Below are positions 58,990 through 64,000 of a stretch of 64,000 nt of DNA, piece after piece. The notes under the pieces are model-generated. The model searched no databases. It had not been told where the DNA came from and saw only the letters and a list, made by a program, of their open reading frames with translations. The stretch's first letter is position 1; every line of letters begins with the position of its first letter. The translations under genes and the position numbers were made by a program. The stretch comes from Candidatus Iainarchaeum sp. GTDB taxonomy: Archaea; Iainarchaeota; Iainarchaeia; Iainarchaeales; VGJJ01. Where the stretch lies: positions 1,382-65,381 of the forward strand of contig JAZDJQ010000014.1 of the NCBI GenBank assembly GCA_043803765.1, in the 5' to 3' direction.

Positions 58990-59509
58990 GATTTTTTCCT
59001 TCGGATGGTAGTAGTTGTGCGTGGATGGGTTGTTTTTCTTCCTGTTTTTTGAAATACCAGTTAATGACATGGTTCACGAAGAGCGAGATGATGAAGCTGC
59101 ATAGGACATAGTACCAGAACCAATCGGTTGTTTTCCATATCCAATTGAATGGTGGAAATAATGGTACGGTGATTCCTTGATATACTTGGCTTATCATCGC
59201 ATAGAGGGGGATGAACACAATCATGTTGCCAATCATCAGCTTGGGCATTGTTTTCATGCTCATGGTTGTGAGTGACATCATTTCTTGTTGTACTCTCTCC
59301 AATTCCTGCGGATTCGCTTCTTTTCCTTTCGCCATCAACTCCTTGTATTCCTTGTTTTTTTCCTGCATTTTTTTTTGGTTTTTTCTCATTTCTTTTCTGT
59401 CCGTGAGCACCGTTTGGATGGTTTGGGTGATGACCGCGAATAGGGCGGCGACGAGTACCAAATCCACTTGGGGGCTGACGAACATAGTTTTTTTGCTGGA
59501 AAATGCCAA
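58979..59509 (-). CDS. DUF106-family membrane protein (archaeal YidC/Oxa1/EMC3-like insertase).
   Basis: Three-TM topology with a coiled-coil cytoplasmic loop. Conserved position between secY and L34e. Confidence 0.7.
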   Translation of the reverse strand: MAFSSKKTMFVSPQVDLVLVAALFAVITQTIQTVLTDRKEMRKNQKKMQEKNKEYKELMAKGKEANPQELERVQQEMMSLTTMSMKTMPKLMIGNMIVFIPLYAMISQVYQGITVPLFPPFNWIWKTTDWFWYYVLCSFIISLFVNHVINWYFKKQEEKQPIHAQLLPSEGKNHAN

Positions 59510-59595
59510 AATCCCTCAGGATAAGGGGTTTTTCCTACCCAATCCCCTTGAGGAATGTTTTAAAACAGTGGTTGGTCGTTTCCTGCATTTTCCTC

Positions 59596-60981
59596 CTATT
59601 TTTCTCCAAAGAAGGCCTTGAGGGCAGGATGCATGTCCATCAGCTGGGCTTTGGCCAATTCTTCGTATAATCGGTATACGATTCCTACGGCGAGTAATAC
59701 CCCTGTTCCGGATACGAGAGAGGCGACTGTAATATCGGATAGGCCGGCGAGTAACCCTACAAAAATGGACCCTAGAATCGTGACTTGGGGGATGTAGCGG
59801 TCAAGCACTTTTTGCATAATCCTCGGGTCTCGTCTAAATCCCGGAATGCTCATCCCGCTTCGGTCGAGTTGCTCCGATACGGCTTTGCTTCCTTGCCCGC
59901 CTAACTCGATCCAGAATTTTCCAAATACGACACAGGCAAGTACGAGTAATACCAAATAGACGATGGCCTGCACCACTTCCATAGCGGTTGTGGATGTAAT
60001 TCCCAATGTTAATAGTCCTTCAATAAGTGAAAATCCTCCTCCTACTCGTGGGGGTTGTGTTGCCCAAGAGAGGCCTGAGAAGAGCGTGTTGAGGTAAGGT
60101 ATTCCTGCGGTGAGGGCGGCCCATAATTGTACGTTGGCGAATAAAGCGGCGGCGAGAATCACGGGCATGTTGCTCACGTAGAGGAATTTTACTGGAAATC
60201 GTCCTCCTGCTCCTGTTTGTCCCATGGCAATGGGAATGTTTACATGCATTCCTTCGGCAAATACCACTCCGAGGAAAATGAGGATAACAAATAGAATAGG
60301 AACAAGTCCTACGAATGCACTGTATGCGTTTCCTTCGATTAGGGATTGTGCAATGGTAAATATTCGTCCTGCGCTTCCAAATGCGTCAGCAGGTCGGAAG
60401 ACTTGCCAGAAAAACCCTTGGGCGACTCCTCCTGCAATGAATAATCCTATTCCGCTTCCAATTCCCCATTTTGAAACCATTTCGTCTAAGTATAACAGGA
60501 CAATACTTCCTATGGCAATTTGAAGCATGACAAATGGAAACATTCCTTCTCCTGCTTGTAGGAATCCTACTCCGGGTATGCCAAACCCAAGAAATGCGGC
60601 TCCTTCAAAGAAAGAAAGAATAATGGCGAGTAATTTTTGGGTGCTGGTAAAACGTGCTTTGTTTTCTGGGATGGATAAATCTATCTTTAGAAATCCTCCT
60701 CCTACAAGTAATTGCAGAATAATGGATGCTAACACAATGGGTCCAATTCCTACTGTGATGAGCGACCCGATATCGGATGCTAAAATGGTTTGGAGCGCTT
60801 CCACTTGTTGAATGGACTGTCCCGTGAGTCCGATTAGTTCAATTTGACTCATGGAAAAGAATAGAATGAGTGCTGCTGCTGAATAGAATATGCGGCGCAT
60901 GAGCGGGGGGCTTGTTTCCGGTCGGCGAACCTCGGGTAACATTTTGAGAATGGGGTCCAGCTTCGCGAAGACATCCACCAT
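59596..60981 (-). CDS. secY: Preprotein translocase subunit SecY.
   Basis: Ten-TM SecY architecture. Plug and hinge motifs. Confidence 0.9.
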   Translation of the reverse strand: MVDVFAKLDPILKMLPEVRRPETSPPLMRRIFYSAAALILFFSMSQIELIGLTGQSIQQVEALQTILASDIGSLITVGIGPIVLASIILQLLVGGGFLKIDLSIPENKARFTSTQKLLAIILSFFEGAAFLGFGIPGVGFLQAGEGMFPFVMLQIAIGSIVLLYLDEMVSKWGIGSGIGLFIAGGVAQGFFWQVFRPADAFGSAGRIFTIAQSLIEGNAYSAFVGLVPILFVILIFLGVVFAEGMHVNIPIAMGQTGAGGRFPVKFLYVSNMPVILAAALFANVQLWAALTAGIPYLNTLFSGLSWATQPPRVGGGFSLIEGLLTLGITSTTAMEVVQAIVYLVLLVLACVVFGKFWIELGGQGSKAVSEQLDRSGMSIPGFRRDPRIMQKVLDRYIPQVTILGSIFVGLLAGLSDITVASLVSGTGVLLAVGIVYRLYEELAKAQLMDMHPALKAFFGEK

Positions 60982-61466
60982 TATGCATCGCCGTCCCGCA
61001 GTGAAGGGTCGTTGACTTTCGTCTCGCCCGCATCTGCATTGAATGTGTCTTCAATTTCTCCCTCGGCTTCTTCTATTTTTTGCCGGGCTTTTTCACTTAC
61101 TTTAATATGGCGAATATACAAGTTTTCGGGAACAATTCCCGATCCTAATAGTTTGGATACTCCTACTTTTCTTCCATCAATAATCCATAATCCGTCTTCT
61201 TGTACTATTTTTCCTTGGTCTGCCCATTTGGGCAGGTAGGAAGCAAGTTGGGAAACATTAATAGCGATCCCTTTCGTTGTGCGTGGGTTTTGTCTTACTT
61301 TGACACCGAATGTTGCATGGTATTTAGAGAACTTGTGTTTGTGGCTTCCTGCTTTTCCTCTTCCTCCGCGGTTCCCTGCTCCACGTCTGTTCTTGGTGTC
61401 GCCGTGTCCGTGCGTCCGCTCTCCTCGTTGCTTGTTTCGGGTTGTTTTTTTGCTTCGAACGACCAT
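60981..61466 (-). CDS. rpl15: 50S ribosomal protein L15 (uL15).
   Basis: G/R-rich N-terminus. Confidence 0.85.
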   Translation of the reverse strand: MVVRSKKTTRNKQRGERTHGHGDTKNRRGAGNRGGRGKAGSHKHKFSKYHATFGVKVRQNPRTTKGIAINVSQLASYLPKWADQGKIVQEDGLWIIDGRKVGVSKLLGSGIVPENLYIRHIKVSEKARQKIEEAEGEIEDTFNADAGETKVNDPSLRDGDA

Positions 61467-61478
61467 TTTTTCACCTTT

Positions 61479-61937
61479 TTACATCATGCTTGCGAGGAGT
61501 GCATCCATTCCTTCTGGATGAAAACCGAGCGGTCCTTTTAATGTGACTGGTTTCTTTGTCCCTTTTCTTCCGAATCCCTTTCGCGGTGCATTGAGCCGGA
61601 AAACGGGTTTGATTCCTATTTTAGATAGTGTTGTTTTCTTTTCACTCATATCGTTTGCGAGCGCGTCAAATGAACTAATCTTTTTTTCTTTCAAATAGTC
61701 AAGAGTAAGCGCCTTGTCTCCTTCAATGTGTCCTCTTTTTTGTAGAAGCTTGGTTAGTGTTTCTTTTTTCACGTTTCCGTACGCCACATAGTCTTTTACT
61801 TTTGTAAGGATTCCTTCCATTCCTTTTTCTTGGATAATCACGCAATGGTTTTTCCTATCCAAGTTGAGTGTGGCGAGCGCGGCTTGAATATCTGCTCGCA
61901 CATGCTTGAGTCCACGAATACGTATAATGGCGAACAT
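61479..61937 (-). CDS. rpl30: 50S ribosomal protein L30 (uL30).
   Basis: MFAIIRIRG... Confidence 0.85.
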   Translation of the reverse strand: MFAIIRIRGLKHVRADIQAALATLNLDRKNHCVIIQEKGMEGILTKVKDYVAYGNVKKETLTKLLQKRGHIEGDKALTLDYLKEKKISSFDALANDMSEKKTTLSKIGIKPVFRLNAPRKGFGRKGTKKPVTLKGPLGFHPEGMDALLASMM

Positions 61938-62779
61938 TATGCGTGTCCTCCTTTGGTTAGTTTAGTATGAATATCGGGGGATGCGCGCATTTGGTTTAAT
62001 CGTTCTAATGCATTATAGGCTGCACGTATATAGTTGAGACGGGTATCGCTGCTTCCAGTAGTGCGTCCCCATACGTCCGTGATTCCTGCAAACCTGAAAA
62101 CGTCTTGGATTTGTTTTCCTACTACTAATCCTGTTCCTTGAGGGGCAGGAGATAATGTTACTCGTACGGAACCGCATTTTCCAGTAATTTTGAATGGCAC
62201 GCTTCGTGTCGTATCGGAATAGTCTTCCCATGAGCCTGACCCTACTCGTACGGGTATGAGATTAAGTCGTGCTACTCGTGAGGCTTTGCGTATTGCCCCG
62301 TATCGTTCCTTATCCGACCCTAGTCCTAGTCCTAAATATTTTTTTCCATCTCCTACTAATACGTAGGCGGAGAAGTTGAAGCTTCTTCCGGCGGCACGAA
62401 CATACGTTGTCTTTCGCGTATCGAGTACTTTTTCGGTTAGGTCGGGTACAAGCGTGTCAATAATCTCTGATTCTAAAATGGGGACGTTTCGTGCCCATAA
62501 TTCTTCCATAGTTGAAATCTCTCCTTTTTGAACTAGTTTTCCTGCTTCGGTTTTGGGATTCCATGCTTGTAATGCGGATTGTCGATCGCGCTGTTCGCTT
62601 GTGAGTGGAGCGGAAGCTTCCATTTCTTTTAGTTGTTCATCCGTTAAGAGTTCTTTTCTTGGTAGTTCTCCTGATCGTCCGCGTCGCATTGGGCCGCGTG
62701 AACTATTGCGTGTGTTTCCTCTTCCGAATGGTTTTCGAGGACCTCTTCCTCTAGTACTAGGTGATCGTGATCCCATCAT
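61937..62779 (-). CDS. rps5: 30S ribosomal protein S5 (uS5) with an RG-rich N-terminal extension.
   Basis: Conserved uS5 core. Confidence 0.85.
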   Translation of the reverse strand: MMGSRSPSTRGRGPRKPFGRGNTRNSSRGPMRRGRSGELPRKELLTDEQLKEMEASAPLTSEQRDRQSALQAWNPKTEAGKLVQKGEISTMEELWARNVPILESEIIDTLVPDLTEKVLDTRKTTYVRAAGRSFNFSAYVLVGDGKKYLGLGLGSDKERYGAIRKASRVARLNLIPVRVGSGSWEDYSDTTRSVPFKITGKCGSVRVTLSPAPQGTGLVVGKQIQDVFRFAGITDVWGRTTGSSDTRLNYIRAAYNALERLNQMRASPDIHTKLTKGGHA

Positions 62780-63357
62780 GCGTTTCCGCCCTCCATTATT
62801 TCTTTTTTGGCCAATTCAACCGTTTTGGTGAATGCGCGGGTATCTATTTTTTTTCCTGCGTATGTGGAGAATTGGTTCGTATTGGTTTTTGAGGATGCGT
62901 GCTGGGCAAACTCTTCTATGTGTTTTCCTGTTAATCGTCCTTCTTTTGGGAATGAGGTGGTATCGGCGTGTACGGTGACACCGGCGTCTTGTATTCCTTT
63001 TACTGCGGCAAACAATCGTGTTCCTAGAACGGGTGGCTGTACTCCTAAATCAACAATGATTTCTTTTACATCCTTTTTGAGCATTCGTTTTCCTGCAAGT
63101 AACCCGGTAAGGTAGGCGGCAGGAATATTTCCCCCGTGTCCGTTGTACGAAAACTTTCCTAATTCTTTTGTGTGGGCCGCTGCGATTATTTTGTCTTTTC
63201 CTTCGGTAGATTTGACGCATTGAATGTTCATGTGATTCGTTGATTTTCGTATCACTGCGCGTGAAAATCCGCTTTTTAGGAAAGCCAATCGTTTAGTGTA
63301 ATTGGTTCTTCCTTCCGCTCGGCGTCGGAATGGTTTCAGATAGGTGCTGGTACTCAT
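62776..63357 (-). CDS. rpl18: 50S ribosomal protein L18 (uL18).
   Basis: Conserved uL18 core. Confidence 0.85.
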   Translation of the reverse strand: MSTSTYLKPFRRRAEGRTNYTKRLAFLKSGFSRAVIRKSTNHMNIQCVKSTEGKDKIIAAAHTKELGKFSYNGHGGNIPAAYLTGLLAGKRMLKKDVKEIIVDLGVQPPVLGTRLFAAVKGIQDAGVTVHADTTSFPKEGRLTGKHIEEFAQHASSKTNTNQFSTYAGKKIDTRAFTKTVELAKKEIMEGGNA

Positions 63358-63800
63358 TTCGCTTCCCCCTGAACGGTTTGCTCTAAATGTTTCTTTCCTC
63401 TAAAGTGGTTTCCTTTTACTTGGCGATAAAGCGTGCGATACGTTTGGGTGACTTTTCCTTCTTTTCTTAGCTGGCGCAGTGTTTTTCGTAGTGCGCGTAC
63501 TCGTGTAATCCATTGTTTTCTTGGTTTGGAGCGTGCTTTTTTTGTCCCGGTGCGTTTTCCTTTTCCTGTTTTTCTTCCCAGTCTTTTTTTTGCGTGCAGG
63601 ATGCGTGCTCCTCCGCGTGAGTGGTGTTGGTCCTTTCTTTTTCGTACAATGCGTTGACTGATAAGATTGCGCACATCATCTCGTGTCATGGCTTCCGCTG
63701 CTTTGGTCATTTGGTCGGGGTCCACCCAGATTTTGGACTCTCCTACTTGCATGATTTCGGCAGCCATTCTTTTTAGTTTTCTTGGATTCATATCATTCAT
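63354..63800 (-). CDS. rpl19e: 50S ribosomal protein L19e.
   Basis: MNDMNPRKLKRMAAEIMQVGESKIWVDPD. Confidence 0.85.
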   Translation of the reverse strand: MNDMNPRKLKRMAAEIMQVGESKIWVDPDQMTKAAEAMTRDDVRNLISQRIVRKRKDQHHSRGGARILHAKKRLGRKTGKGKRTGTKKARSKPRKQWITRVRALRKTLRQLRKEGKVTQTYRTLYRQVKGNHFRGKKHLEQTVQGEAK

Positions 63801-63803
63801 TCC

Positions 63804-64000
63804 TTTAGTTCAGTACATGGATTTTCTTCTCGTTTGCTAGTTGGATGAGTTCGATTCTCTTTTTTCTCCCAATAGTAGATGAAATTCGTGCTGCGTGAGT
63901 GGGTTGAATCATTTCGAGGTCTTTTTTTGTGTAGACCATTATTTCACGGTAACCGGATGGGTGTATTCCTCGTGTTGCTTTGGGTGTGCGATAACCCGTG
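63804..64000 (-). CDS. rpl32e: 50S ribosomal protein L32e, partial (N-terminus lies beyond the window end).
   Basis: My own translation of the minus strand gives ...HPSGYREIMVYTKKDLEMIQPTHAARISSTIGRKKRIELIQLANEKKIHVLN*. Confidence 0.7.

Noticed and set aside
1-64000. CRISPR arrays or rRNA genes.
   Set aside because: No regularly spaced repeat-spacer array and no rRNA-like GC-rich conserved blocks were seen. Repeats found are att-core or tRNA-end copies instead.

Overview
The window is archaeal: archaeal-type ribosomal proteins (L19e, L32e, L18e, L14e, L34e), RNA polymerase subunits D and N, SecY, family-B DNA polymerase and archaeal tRNAs. GC is about 40% and the gene content looks reduced: adk and cmk are missing from the secY region, which fits a DPANN-like lineage, though lineage cannot be assigned from sequence alone.

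Positions 1-32.2 kb are an accessory region. A minus-strand tRNA-Met(CAU) at 32136-32209 sits directly next to an intact tyrosine integrase. Exact or degenerate copies of the tRNA 3' end recur at 3.4, 5.9, 10.3, 11.8 and 14.7 kb, which reads as serial or decaying integration events. Cargo in this region includes a Type III restriction-modification system (mod, res, a small coupled zinc-ribbon ORF and an upstream HTH regulator), a helicase-like P-loop NTPase, a DEDD exonuclease, and a tandem pair of zinc-ribbon plus Hjc-like nuclease paralogs. It also holds two PIN toxin genes (one frameshifted, one carrying a cryptic antitoxin) and a nucleotidyltransferase/wHTH pair. Other content includes COG1373 ATPases (one carrying an in-frame stop), an ABC transporter with a surface protein, and a radical SAM/TrmB pair.

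Positions 32-41 kb carry tRNA-Thr, tRNA-His and tRNA-Arg, each with nearby copies of its own 3' end. Between them are rpiA, a degraded dcd in a GC-elevated segment, hisS, hicAB, a Fic protein, and a LAGLIDADG-like endonuclease whose 3' end overlaps tRNA-Arg. Positions 41-64 kb are core genome: map, polB, purF and a long minus-strand ribosomal protein, secY and RNA polymerase cluster. No CRISPR array and no rRNA gene were seen.
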